A stretch of DNA of 64,000 nucleotides from an uncultured Acidobacteriota bacterium (GCA_963770895.1 CAVYRF010000002.1:5152001-5216000); one strand, 5' to 3'; positions 28,050-37,808 are shown, numbered from the stretch's first letter. Program-made: numbers and translations. The notes: a model not told the origin generated them from the sequence alone.

Positions 28050-31000
28050 TCAGGACGTGGCGGCGGCTTCGGCGGTCGCGGCGGCTTCGGCTGCCGCGGC
28101 GCCGGCTGCTGCCGGGGCGGCTTCCGCGGCGGCGTCCGGCGGGGTCGGTGCGGGGCTGTTGCGGGCGGCGCGGGCGGCGCGCGAGCGGTGGACCTGGTAC
28201 AGGAAGTCGTAGAGGACCATTTCGTGGGCGCGCGCCGAGGAGCGGATGAAGCGGTTGACGTGCATGTGGGCCAGGCTGGTCGACATGTCGGCCAGGGTTC
28301 CCAGCAGGGCGCCCTGCTCCTGCAGGCGGTGGAGCTCGGCAAGGATCGGTGCCGACCTTTGCGAGCGGCGGGCGAAGACGGCCAGGGCCGGGGCGAGCGG
28401 GTTGTCGGGATCGCCCGCGGCGTCGAGCAGCGGCGCCAGCTGCGGGCGCTCGGTGCGGAACTTCTGGTCGAGCTGCACCTGCAGCGCCTTCTGCGCCTTT
28501 TCGTCGGCGTTGGCGCCGGCAAATTCGCGGTTGAAGTTGTCGCGCAGGCGCGACAGCACCTTGACCTTGGTCGCGGCGTCCAGGCCGACGTCGTCGAGCA
28601 GGGCGTTGACACCGAAGAAGGCCAGGCGCCAGCGCAGGTCGGCGCCCTCGTCGCCCTCCAGCATGTCGAGGATGTCCATCACCGCTTCGCTGTCGGCCTG
28701 GAAGAGACGCTCGACCAGGCCGATGCCGGCCGGGCCGCCGTAGCGCTCGACTTCCTGCTCGTAGGTGTCCAGCTGCAGCTTCCACATGCGGCCGTCGGCG
28801 AGCAGCGGCGCCGCGGCGGCATGCAGGGCGGGCAGCACCTGCGCGGTGAGGGCCGCGGGATCGCCGTGGAAGCGCACCCGCACGTGCCAGTCGGGATCGC
28901 CGTAGCGGATGAAAAACCAGCTGTCGATGAGCCCTGCCGGCCCCACCTGGCGCAGCAGCGGCGCCACCACGTCGCGCAGCACGCGGTCGGCGGTGGCGGT
29001 GCCGGTGTAGAGCTTGGCGTAGAGCCATTCGGAGCCCGGGGCAAACGACCGCTGCATGCCGGCGCCGGTTCCGGCGGCGGCGAGCGGCGCCGGGCGGGCG
29101 GTGGCCGGTGGCGTTGCGGGGGCTGAGGCGGCGGTGGCTGCCGTGGTGGGCTGGGCCTGCGGCTGGGGGCGCGGCAGGCGATGGTAGGGCACCACCAGCT
29201 CGGAGACGAAGCGGCCTTCGGGACCGTGCGCGACCAGCGCGTCGGGTCCCGGGAAGAGCTCGTGCAGGCGCGCCCGGTCGCGCTCTTCGACCACGTCCAG
29301 GAAGGCGTCGATCGCCAGCGTGTTGTCCAGGTCGACCAGCAGCTCGTTGTCGCCGTCGGCGAGAACCACCAGGCGCGGCAGGCGCCGCCGCGCACGCCAA
29401 GCCTGGACGGCCACGAAGCGTTGGGTGCCCTGCGCCTTGGCGAGCTGCTTGATCTCTTCTCCGGTCATCCACCAGGCGGCGCGCGACAGCACCAGCCGCC
29501 CGTTGGTGACGCGCGGCAGGAACGGCGCGCTGTCGAGCGCTCCCCAGTTCCAGCTGAAGCCGCCGACCAGCTCCTGCGCCTGGAGGGTGCACAGGAACCG
29601 ATACAGACCCAGGCTGCGGGTGATGAAGTTATGGGCGCTGGTCAGGCGGGGGATGATCTCCCGTCCCAGCGCCCGCGAGGTGATCACCACCCGGTTGCCG
29701 ACGACCGACACCAGCAGATCGGTGATCGGGATCTGCCGATCTTCGGGCGCGCCGGAGCGGCCCAGGTAGGGGATCTCGTAGTCGCGCATCACCGGCCGCG
29801 ACAGGATGTTGCCGATCCGCCCCTGCGGCAGGTGGACGATCTCGGCAAACAGGGCGTCCGGCCGCAGCGCCTCTTCGGCGCGCAGATGAGCCCGAGTGTG
29901 CTGTTCCAGCAGCGGATCGGCGTGGCAGAAGCGCCCCAGCAGGCGGGCGCCCGAGGGCCCCGCGGCGCCGTTCATCAGCAGCTGGAAGTCGCCCGCGGCC
30001 ACCGCTTCGGGCGAGGCGGCGGCCAGGAACACCACCACCTGAAAGGCGTCGGGGAGGCGGTCCGGGCGCTCCGTTCCCGCCATGCGATCGAGATCTTCGG
30101 CGGTCAGCTCCATCTGCTGGCTGTCCTGCGCCAGCGTGTCCTGGAGCTTGGCGAGCAGCGCCGCCTGGCGCAGGCTCCAGGCGACCGTGGATTCGGCGGC
30201 GGCGCCGCCCAGGGCGAGGCCGCGCAGCAGCGGCGACGCTTCGGCGCCGACTTCCGAGGTGCGCTCGAAGCCGATGCCGATCTCTTCGTCGAGCGCTTCG
30301 ACCAGCGGCACCTGGCGTTCGCCGAAGCGCTCCTGGAATTCCTGCCGGAACTTTTCCAGCCCTTCGTTGCGCGACCGGCCCACCAGGCGCAGCTGCAGGT
30401 CCATGCCGCGCGCCACTTCCGCCAGCACGGCATCGTCGAGGCTGGCTTCGACGAAGGGTTTGACCATGTCGACCTGGAACAGGCGCGCCATCTCGACCGG
30501 CGTCGGCAAGGTCTCCAGGCTGGTGGCGATGGCGCGGTAGGAGTCGGGGGGGGCGCCGGGTCCCGCCGCGTCCAGCGCCGCCAGGGCGTCGCGGGCGGCG
30601 GCCAGGCGCTCCGCCGCCTGCTGCCCGGCCGGCAGGGTGGCCAGGTGCTGCACCAGGTCGTGGATCGCTTCGGGCCCGGTGACCGGCGGCGACAGGTCCG
30701 ACACCAGCACCTGGGAGTCGATCAGCTCGGTGATAAAGGCGTCGGCGTCTTCGCGCGAGATCTCGAAATCCGCTTCGGCGTCGGGTTCGGCCGCGGGGGC
30801 GTCGGTGTCGGCGGGTGCAGCGGGTGCGGCGGCGGCGGCGTGCTCCGCCGTCACCAGCGCGGCGGCGAGGTCGGCGGCCAGGGCGCCGCCGCGCGCGCGT
30901 TCCAGGGTGGCCTCCAGGTAGTCGGAGGCGTCCACCGCCACCAGGTGGTGGGAGCGCACCTTCTTCTCGAGACGCGCTTCGGCATAGCGCAGGCGGCCGG

Positions 31001-31583
31001 CGGCGCGGTACAGGCTGGAGTTGGGGTGGAAGCGCAACGCGGCGCGCATGGCCGGATCGCGCTCCAGCTCTTCGCAGAGCGCGAACAGGTAGTCCATGTC
31101 GAGCCGGGTGTGGCGCCCGTAGGCGGCGCGCGGGGCGAGCGACAGGGCGGTGCGCGTGGCGGCGCCGGCCGGCCGCACCGCCGTCGAGCAGCCCGAGAAC
31201 ATGCCGAACGGGGTCGCCCGCGATGCCATGCGCAGGAAGTAGCGCACCAGGGCGCGCTCGGCCCGCTGCCCCTTCTTGCTTTCGGGGTCGCGCCGCCAGA
31301 GCTCCATGGCGTCGGCGAGCGACGGCGACGCCACGAACAGCGCTTCGCGCACTTCGGCGCGCTCCGCCAGCGCTTCGAGGCGCGTGCGCAGCATCCGGCG
31401 GTCCGCGGCGATGGCGGCGGCCAGCGCTTCGCTGTCTGCCGCCCCTGCCGCTGCCGCCGCGGGCGCGGCGAGGCCGGCGCTCCACGCTTCCACCTCCTCG
31501 AACGGCAGGAGCGGCGTGCGGAAGACGAAGAACGAGGGTCGCTCGTAGAGATCGGCGATCGATGTGCGAGTCTGCGTAGTCAC
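28050..31583 (-). CDS. lanB: Lantibiotic dehydratase LanB (glutamylation plus elimination domains)
   Basis: FRTPLLP, Y..RM.SRATPFGMFSG, GRF, NILSRP, PRLTSAHNF, FLPRV, DNELL.DL. C-terminal WLYAKLY, FFIRY.DP..H.R.RF, TY..E.ERYGG, F..DS, SLAHMHVNR. Confidence 0.94.
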   Translation of the reverse strand: MTTQTRTSIADLYERPSFFVFRTPLLPFEEVEAWSAGLAAPAAAAAGAADSEALAAAIAADRRMLRTRLEALAERAEVREALFVASPSLADAMELWRRDPESKKGQRAERALVRYFLRMASRATPFGMFSGCSTAVRPAGAATRTALSLAPRAAYGRHTRLDMDYLFALCEELERDPAMRAALRFHPNSSLYRAAGRLRYAEARLEKKVRSHHLVAVDASDYLEATLERARGGALAADLAAALVTAEHAAAAAPAAPADTDAPAAEPDAEADFEISREDADAFITELIDSQVLVSDLSPPVTGPEAIHDLVQHLATLPAGQQAAERLAAARDALAALDAAGPGAPPDSYRAIATSLETLPTPVEMARLFQVDMVKPFVEASLDDAVLAEVARGMDLQLRLVGRSRNEGLEKFRQEFQERFGERQVPLVEALDEEIGIGFERTSEVGAEASPLLRGLALGGAAAESTVAWSLRQAALLAKLQDTLAQDSQQMELTAEDLDRMAGTERPDRLPDAFQVVVFLAAASPEAVAAGDFQLLMNGAAGPSGARLLGRFCHADPLLEQHTRAHLRAEEALRPDALFAEIVHLPQGRIGNILSRPVMRDYEIPYLGRSGAPEDRQIPITDLLVSVVGNRVVITSRALGREIIPRLTSAHNFITRSLGLYRFLCTLQAQELVGGFSWNWGALDSAPFLPRVTNGRLVLSRAAWWMTGEEIKQLAKAQGTQRFVAVQAWRARRRLPRLVVLADGDNELLVDLDNTLAIDAFLDVVEERDRARLHELFPGPDALVAHGPEGRFVSELVVPYHRLPRPQPQAQPTTAATAASAPATPPATARPAPLAAAGTGAGMQRSFAPGSEWLYAKLYTGTATADRVLRDVVAPLLRQVGPAGLIDSWFFIRYGDPDWHVRVRFHGDPAALTAQVLPALHAAAAPLLADGRMWKLQLDTYEQEVERYGGPAGIGLVERLFQADSEAVMDILDMLEGDEGADLRWRLAFFGVNALLDDVGLDAATKVKVLSRLRDNFNREFAGANADEKAQKALQVQLDQKFRTERPQLAPLLDAAGDPDNPLAPALAVFARRSQRSAPILAELHRLQEQGALLGTLADMSTSLAHMHVNRFIRSSARAHEMVLYDFLYQVHRSRAARAARNSPAPTPPDAAAEAAPAAAGAAAAEAAATAEAAATS

Positions 31584-31592
31584 GAGCCCTTA

Positions 31593-31601
31593 AAGATACC
31601 A
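31593..31601 (-). promoter_or_regulatory. Extended -10 element (TGnTATCTT) directly before lanB
   Basis: Minus strand TGGTATCTT, 9 nt upstream of the GTG start. Confidence 0.4.
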
Positions 31602-31706
31602 CGAGGCCCCGGACGTGCCCTGCTCACCGCGTCAGCGGATGCAGCGCCTCTCGCGGGTGCGAAAGGGAGCCATCACTTCGTAGGAGATGAGTGCCGCGGC
31701 AGGGGT

Positions 31707-31750
31707 AAAACGCGACCGCGCCGACCCGCGAAGCGAGCACGGCGCGGTCG
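31707..31750 (-). terminator. Rho-independent terminator between the Gly/Asn-rich gene and lanB
   Basis: 11-bp stem CGACCGCGCCG/CGGCGCGGTCG followed on the minus strand by CGTTTT. Confidence 0.6.
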
Positions 31751-31789
31751 GTGGAGCTGTCCGTTGCAGGAGGCGAGGATGCCGGCGGG

Positions 31790-32614
31790 CTACTCGAGCA
31801 CCGTCGCGCAGTTGACGGTGTAGACGAAGTAGGAGGCGCCGCAGCCCCCGTTGTCGCCGTTGCCGCCGCCGTTGCCGCCATTGCCGCCGCAGCCGCCGCC
31901 GCCACCATTGCCGCCGTTGCCGTAGCCGCCGTGACCGTCGTCGCCGCCGCGGCCGCTGCCGCCGCCGTTGCCGTAGTCGCTGGTCTGGCTGAGGCCGCCG
32001 TTGGGCACGGAGCTGATGGCGTTGCCGGTGCTCCAACCGCCGTTGCCGTGGCCATTGCCGCCGTTGCCGCCGTTCCAACCACCGTTGCCGCCACTGCCGC
32101 CGTTGCCGCCACTGCCGCTGCCGCTCTGGGTGCAGGCCTGCGAGCCCGGGAAGAGCTGGCCGGCGCCCCACGCATCCTGCTGGTCGTTGCCGTTGTCGTC
32201 GCCATGGCCGTAGTCGTTCTGCGAGGTCGACGAGCCGACCACGGCATGGAGGGCGATGTAGAGGCTGGTGCCCGGCACCGCCGTACCCAGCGGGATGGTG
32301 AAGGTGTAGGTGGTGACCGCGGGAGAGAGGGTTTCGCGGTAGGGGAACTGGTCGACGATCGGCGCCTGGTTCTGGGTCTGCGGGATGCCCGCCAGGGTCT
32401 GGCTGACCGCGGCGTCCAGCTGGTCGATCGTGACGGTGCCGGTGGTGGCCACGGTGATGTAAAGATTGGAAATGTCGTTCGAAACCGTCACCGTCCCGTC
32501 GGTGGTCGTGCCGTTGGCAACCAGGTTCACGGTCAGCGGATTGCTGGTGCACCTGCCGAAAGCCGCGGCGCAACAGGCCAGGCCAAGGACTATTGAAATT
32601 AACAGTCGTTTCAT
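31790..32614 (-). CDS. Secreted protein with Gly/Asn-rich low-complexity insert
   Basis: SD GGAGG, signal peptide MKRLLISIVLGLACCAAAFG, beta domain GTVTVSND..NLY...QFPY...YTFTIPL...IALHAVV...AWGAG..FPG, then (GGNG)n, then ASYFVYTV. Confidence 0.8.
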   Translation of the reverse strand: MKRLLISIVLGLACCAAAFGRCTSNPLTVNLVANGTTTDGTVTVSNDISNLYITVATTGTVTIDQLDAAVSQTLAGIPQTQNQAPIVDQFPYRETLSPAVTTYTFTIPLGTAVPGTSLYIALHAVVGSSTSQNDYGHGDDNGNDQQDAWGAGQLFPGSQACTQSGSGSGGNGGSGGNGGWNGGNGGNGHGNGGWSTGNAISSVPNGGLSQTSDYGNGGGSGRGGDDGHGGYGNGGNGGGGGCGGNGGNGGGNGDNGGCGASYFVYTVNCATVLE

Positions 32615-32639
32615 GAGATGAATGCCTCCCACCAAGTAG

Positions 32640-32890
32640 CCGAGTAACAGACTGCAGGAGCTCACAGCGAGCCCCTTTTTTGAAAAGCTCCGATATTTTA
32701 CAGCTAGATACGCATAGAGCGCAATATTCATATCTCCTCCGCTCGCTGCAACTTGCCGTTTTCCGCCGGGACGCTTTATATATCTGATTTTTACTATTGC
32801 GATTGATGCGCAATATTGCGCCGGTAAATACCGGTGGCGGGTATTGTGATCGGTTTCTTCAAGGCAAGGAACCGATTGCTTTACAAGCAA
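32640..32890. promoter_or_regulatory. AT-rich intergenic regulatory region
   Basis: Markedly AT-rich stretch in a GC-rich window, including the palindrome CGCAATATTGCG near 32810-32821. Confidence 0.45.
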
Positions 32891-32912
32891 GAACGGGAAC
32901 GGGGCGGAGCGG

Positions 32913-32968
32913 CGTGCGGGGTCGGGGAGTGCGGGGTGGAGCAGTGCGGGGTGGGGCAGTGTGCGGGG
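32913..32968. repeat. Short imperfect tandem repeat of GTGCGGGG(T) units, about 15-17 bp period, 4 copies
   Basis: gtgcggggtcgggga gtgcggggtggagca gtgcggggtggggca gtgtgcgggg. Confidence 0.7.
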
Positions 32969-33112
32969 ACCGGGGCGCGCGAGGGTGAAATCGCCGGCGC
33001 CAGGTGCCGGGGGCGCGCGGCTTGCGCCGGCGCCAGGTGCTGCGCCGGCTGCCGGCCGGCCGGTCAGAAAGTGACCGGCCGGCGCGGCGTTGGGATGGCG
33101 GTGGCGACTGGA

Positions 33113-36100
33113 TCAGGGGGCGGCGGTATGGGGCGCCGGAGCGGGAGCGGCCGGGGCGGCGGTATGGGGCGCCGGAGCGGGAGCGGCCGGTGCGGCGGTC
33201 GGAGTCGCCGGAGCGGGGGCGGCCGGTGCGGCGGCGGGCGGCCAGCCCAGGCCGAGGTGGCCGGCGTTGAAGATGGCGTTGAACACCAGGGCGTAGTCGC
33301 CCTGCGTGTTCATGCGCCACATGGGATTGCAGGCGAAGAGCAGGACGTGCCCCTTGCCGAGCGGGCTGTCGACGACCAGGGGGGTGCCGGCGATCTCGTC
33401 GGCGCCTTCCAGCATGCCCGACAGCAGGATCTTGTCGGCCTCCTTGGGGAAGGCGAGGATGACGCGCGGCCGATCCTGGAGGCGCGGGATGAAGGGAGCG
33501 GCAAAGAGGGCGTAGCCTTCGGGCAGCAGGAAGCCCTCTTCACCCGGGCCGGGCTTGGGACGCGGCGGGGTTTCGACGAAGGGCCGCCCCTGCGGCACGT
33601 CGGGATCGGTCATCGAGCCGCGGCCGCTGACGCGCTGGTCGTTGCCGCGGCGGCGCTCGGGGGAGCCGACCTTCATCACCAGCGCCCCCGGATACTGCAC
33701 CGGCACGGTTTCGTCGTAGCCGTAGCCGATCGGGCTCGCGGTATCGGCCAGGTGCGCCTGCAGGATCGAGCCGCTGGCCTTCACCTTGCTGACCCGCGAT
33801 ACCTCCACGTAGCGCGCCAGGCCGTATTGCGCCGCCCAGACGGCGGTGTCGCCGACGGTGATCAGCAGGCCGCCTTCCTTGACGAAGCGCTCCAGGTTCT
33901 GCACCCCGGTCAGGCCCAGGCCGGGACGCATGTCGTCGGTTTCGTCGACGCCCAGGTTGGGGGTCAGCGCCGTCTTCTTCCAGGGCAGCGGCGGCCCCGG
34001 CGGCATGCCGTTGACGATGTCCGCCGGCTCGCCGCCGGCGGGCGGGAAGACGATGACGTCGAAGCGCGAGCGCAGATCGGTCATGGCGGCGATCTTCTGC
34101 GTCGACAGGTAGGTGTAGGGCACTTTCAGGCTTTCGAAGGCGAGGCGGAACCACCCTTCGTCCTGGGTGCTCAGCCAGCTGTGCAGGATGGCGATGCGCG
34201 GCATCGGCATGGGGTGGGTCGCCGCCGGCGGCCAGGCGTCCAGGACGCGCACCTGCATGCTGCCCATGCCGGCGATCGCCTGGCGCATGCGGTCGGTGGC
34301 TTCGACCAGCACGGTGCCGGCCGGCAGGGTGCCGTGCGCATCCTTGAGCTCCGCTTCCAGGACGGCGAATTTGGCATCCGGGTAGGAGGTCCGCAGGCGC
34401 ACCAGGTCGGTGTCGGCGCGGTTGGTGATGGCGATTGCGCCGCCGGCGGCCACCTGGGCGGACGGCAGCTGGCCGTTCCACGGGTGCATCGGCACCTTGA
34501 GCACGTCCTGGTTGACGATGCGCTTGCAATCGACGTTCTTGGTGTAGCCCAGGGTCCAGCCGGTGTCGTCGTAGACCGGGTCCTTGCCCTGCACGTACTG
34601 GGTGTCGAGCAGCGCGTCGGCCAGGCGGCTGTACGGTTGATCCATGCGGATGATGAAGCTGCCGGCGGCGAAGCTGAGCTGGTCCTTGTCCGCCTTGGCG
34701 GCGTCGGCCTTGGCGTCGGGTTTGGCGTCCGCGGCCTTGGCGTCGGCAGTCTTGGCGTCGGCAGTCTTGCTGTCGGCGGGTTTGGCGTCGGCGGTCTTGC
34801 TGTCGGAGGTCTTGCTGTCGGAGGTCTTGCTGTCGGCGGATTTGGCGTCGGCGGTCTTGGCGCTGGCGTCACCGGCCGCGGCGTGGTCTGCCGCCGAGTC
34901 GTTGTCGGCGTCCGATTTTTTTGGCGGCCAGCCGGCCTTCAGGCTGAAGGCCCGGTCGCTCTGCTGCACCTCGATGCCCTGGGTGCGCAGCAGGTTCAAC
35001 AGGTCGCGCAGCTGCCCCAGGCGCTTCTGGTCGGCGGGGAAGACGTAGGCGGCAGGGCCCTCTTCGGTGGCCTTGGCCATCGAGCGCTGGGCCAGCGTCC
35101 AGAACATGCGCAGCAGGCGCTCGTGGTTGTCGGCCATGTACTTGAGCGCCACCAGGACGCCGCTCTGCTCGTAGTTCACATTGTTGCGCAGCGACCATTT
35201 GAGCTTGGGGTAGGGCGGATTGGGCCGGTACCATTCGCGCTCGCTGCCGTCGCGGATGACGCGGTCTTCGGTCGCCGGCACCAGGTTGCCGAAGGTTTCG
35301 TAGAAGCGGCCGATCGAGTTGTGGCCGTGGGCGACCCAGAACATGTAGTTGGGCGCCCAGCCGTCGTAGAAACCGTGCGTCCAGACGCCGATCAATCCCT
35401 TTTCGGTCAGCGTCTGGATCTCGTTGTAGGCCATGCGGTGCCACTCGTCGATGGCGATCGGATCGAGCGCCGGGTTGTAGGGGCCGGTGCCGGTCGAGAT
35501 GTACAGCAGCGGCACCGATTCGTGGAGGTCGTGGACCACCATCGGGTGCCAATCGAAATAGGCCGCCAGCACGTTGCGGCTGAGGTTGAGACCCAGTCCC
35601 ATGGCGTCGCGGTTGTTGTCGTGCTGGACGTAGTGTCCCCAATATGCGAGCGGCGGCAGGATCGAGCCGGCGTTGGCCTGCTGCCAGCGCACCAGGTCCA
35701 CCATGCGGTCGCGGCCGTCCACTTCGAGCACCGGCGTGATCAGGGTGATCACGTTGTCGCGGATGCTCTTGATCAGCGGCGTGTCCTCGACCACCAGGCG
35801 GTAGGCCAGCTCCATGAACATTTCGGGCGAGCCGGTTTCGACCGAATGCATGGCGCCGGTCAGGTAGTACATCGGCTTGCCGGTGGCGATCAGCCGCGAC
35901 GCCGCTTCTTCCGACAGCTTGCGCGGATCGGCGAGCTGGCGGGTGATGTCTTTGTAGGTGTCGAGCTTGCGAATGGTGTCCTCGTCGGCGATCGCCACCA
36001 GGATCATCTCGCGCCCTTCCTCGGACTTGCCGAGCGAGAAGACCTTGAGGCGCGGCGAGGCCGCCGCCAGCGCCCGCATGTAGCGGTGCACGTCCTCGGC

Positions 36101-36361
36101 ATAGGTGAGGTGGTCGGGCGCGCCGGCGATGTAGCCGATGACCTTTTCGGGCGTCGGCACGGTGGTCGATGCCGGCAGGTGATCGACCAGGTCGGTCATG
36201 AATTCCGGTGCGGTGGTCGCGGCGCGAATCTTCTGCGAGTACTGCTGGTCCCATTCAGGATGTTTTTCGATCGGCTCGATGGCGGTATTGGCGGCAGTGG
36301 CGGCGGTGGCGATGCTGGCGCACACCAGCAGCGCAAGGATCGACGCGGACGAACCTTTCAT
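33113..36361 (-). CDS. Secreted M14-family zinc carboxypeptidase-like protein with C-terminal GAT1-like domain
   Basis: Signal peptide, G.SEEGR, MHSVE (HxxE), DGRD, HDNNRD, VHDLHE, FDVIVFP and FV..GG.LI. Confidence 0.85.
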   Translation of the reverse strand: MKGSSASILALLVCASIATAATAANTAIEPIEKHPEWDQQYSQKIRAATTAPEFMTDLVDHLPASTTVPTPEKVIGYIAGAPDHLTYAEDVHRYMRALAAASPRLKVFSLGKSEEGREMILVAIADEDTIRKLDTYKDITRQLADPRKLSEEAASRLIATGKPMYYLTGAMHSVETGSPEMFMELAYRLVVEDTPLIKSIRDNVITLITPVLEVDGRDRMVDLVRWQQANAGSILPPLAYWGHYVQHDNNRDAMGLGLNLSRNVLAAYFDWHPMVVHDLHESVPLLYISTGTGPYNPALDPIAIDEWHRMAYNEIQTLTEKGLIGVWTHGFYDGWAPNYMFWVAHGHNSIGRFYETFGNLVPATEDRVIRDGSEREWYRPNPPYPKLKWSLRNNVNYEQSGVLVALKYMADNHERLLRMFWTLAQRSMAKATEEGPAAYVFPADQKRLGQLRDLLNLLRTQGIEVQQSDRAFSLKAGWPPKKSDADNDSAADHAAAGDASAKTADAKSADSKTSDSKTSDSKTADAKPADSKTADAKTADAKAADAKPDAKADAAKADKDQLSFAAGSFIIRMDQPYSRLADALLDTQYVQGKDPVYDDTGWTLGYTKNVDCKRIVNQDVLKVPMHPWNGQLPSAQVAAGGAIAITNRADTDLVRLRTSYPDAKFAVLEAELKDAHGTLPAGTVLVEATDRMRQAIAGMGSMQVRVLDAWPPAATHPMPMPRIAILHSWLSTQDEGWFRLAFESLKVPYTYLSTQKIAAMTDLRSRFDVIVFPPAGGEPADIVNGMPPGPPLPWKKTALTPNLGVDETDDMRPGLGLTGVQNLERFVKEGGLLITVGDTAVWAAQYGLARYVEVSRVSKVKASGSILQAHLADTASPIGYGYDETVPVQYPGALVMKVGSPERRRGNDQRVSGRGSMTDPDVPQGRPFVETPPRPKPGPGEEGFLLPEGYALFAAPFIPRLQDRPRVILAFPKEADKILLSGMLEGADEIAGTPLVVDSPLGKGHVLLFACNPMWRMNTQGDYALVFNAIFNAGHLGLGWPPAAAPAAPAPATPTAAPAAPAPAPHTAAPAAPAPAPHTAAP
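34690..34865 (-). repeat. 15-bp in-frame tandem repeat encoding D(A/S)K(T/P/S)(A/S)
   Basis: KTADAKSADSKTSDSKTSDSKTADAKPADSKTADAKTADAKAADAKPDAKAD. Confidence 0.85.
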
Positions 36362-36407
36362 GATCACCTCGGGCGGCGAAAGTTAGTGAAGATGGCGCAT
36401 GCGGCGG

Positions 36408-37808
36408 CTATTGGAAATAGCCGCTGACGTCGAGCAGGACGTGTGCGGATTGGGTCGCGGTCGCGTTGAAAATCCCCACCGTGCCGGTGCCCGAAGAGGC
36501 CAGCGCGACGATGGCGCTGTTGGCGCGCAGCTGGCCGCTGGCAAAGTTGAGCGTGCTGGTGACAGGCACCTGCGCGTTGCCGGCGAAGAGCGTCAGGTAG
36601 CCGCCTTCGGGCGGTCCCACCACGGTCAGGTTGACCGCCAGCGCCTTGGCCGTCGCGGGGATGCCGCACTGGCCGGCGGCGACCACGATGCGCTGGCTGC
36701 CGGGCGGCAACGCCGGGCCGCCGTAGGGGCCGTCGCTGGTGCGCGTGTCGAGCAGGCGGCAGGGGGTCAGGGTGTAAAACCTGTCGTGGCCGGCGGGCGC
36801 CGTCTGCGGCGGTTGCCAGCCGAGCTGGATGACGTCGAAGTCGCTGGCGTGCAGGGTGCCGAATTCGGGGTTGAGAACGCCGTTGTCCCAGCGCGTGTCG
36901 TAGGTGCCCTGGATGTACATGTTGCTGCCGTTGTCGGCGACGATCAGGCCGTACGTTTTCATCGCCTGGAAGATCAGCTGGTCTTCCGCCGAGTAGCCCG
37001 AGATATCGACCGACGCCTTGAGGCGCAGGCGCGTGCCGAGCGGCGGCGCCGACGGGTTGGAGCCGGCGACGTGCGAGGCGGGGTAGACGTAACCGTTGCT
37101 GTCGCGCAACGTGAAACGGAAGGCGTGCCGGATCGGGCTGCTGCCAAAGGCCTCGTCATACCGGATCAGGCCCGGCATGATCGCCAGGCCGGCGGCGTCG
37201 GCGCTGGTCCAGCCCTGCGGCCGGCGGGCGTCGCTGTCCAGCTGAAAGATGGCGCCCGAGCCGGCTTCCCAATGATCGACGTTCCAATGCGCCTGGTAAA
37301 GCTCGTACAGAATGCGGTTGTCGCGGTCGACGATCAGCATGTGATAGTCGTCGCTGGTGCCGCCGCCGGCGGTGCCGCCTTCGATCCACTTGGCCTGCGT
37401 TTCGGCGGCCGGCGGGATGGGATAGCCCGCGCCGTGGCCGGGGGCGCCGGTGTCGCTCTGGTCGGGCGACAGGACAAACGTGACCGGCACCAGCGCCTGC
37501 GTGCCGGGGACGCTGATAAACGGAAATCCGTAAATATTGGGATTGCTCGGATCGTTCGGGTCGACGTCGCCGCCCAGGTCGGGATGGAGCGGCGTGTCGC
37601 TGCCGATCCAATCGATGAAGTTCGCGCTGTTGGGGTCGACAGGAGCGTTGGAGATGTTGACGTTCCACCAGTTGTCAGGTGGAAACAGCGGCAGCGGCTG
37701 GGGGAGCGGGCCGCCCACGCTGGCTGTCTGGGCGCTGGCTTGATGGCCGGGGGCGGCCAGGGAAAGGATCACTAGAACTGCCAGTGCTGCGTTCACCAGA
37801 ACCTGCAT
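36408..37808 (-). CDS. Secreted protein with PxDNWWN..ISxAPVD domain and C-terminal PCRLLDTR beta domain
   Basis: Signal peptide from ATG 37808, LFPPDNWWN, D.HMLIVD, LYELY, GWTSADAAGL, I.HA.RFT, YG.IVADNGS, FYTLTPCRLLDTR...LLDVSGYFQ. Confidence 0.8.
   Translation of the reverse strand: MQVLVNAALAVLVILSLAAPGHQASAQTASVGGPLPQPLPLFPPDNWWNVNISNAPVDPNSANFIDWIGSDTPLHPDLGGDVDPNDPSNPNIYGFPFISVPGTQALVPVTFVLSPDQSDTGAPGHGAGYPIPPAAETQAKWIEGGTAGGGTSDDYHMLIVDRDNRILYELYQAHWNVDHWEAGSGAIFQLDSDARRPQGWTSADAAGLAIMPGLIRYDEAFGSSPIRHAFRFTLRDSNGYVYPASHVAGSNPSAPPLGTRLRLKASVDISGYSAEDQLIFQAMKTYGLIVADNGSNMYIQGTYDTRWDNGVLNPEFGTLHASDFDVIQLGWQPPQTAPAGHDRFYTLTPCRLLDTRTSDGPYGGPALPPGSQRIVVAAGQCGIPATAKALAVNLTVVGPPEGGYLTLFAGNAQVPVTSTLNFASGQLRANSAIVALASSGTGTVGIFNATATQSAHVLLDVSGYFQ

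Noticed and set aside
33113-36361. M14 peptidase as the lanthipeptide leader protease
   Set aside because: A secreted carboxypeptidase-type family not known for leader removal, and separated from lanB by another gene and a terminator.
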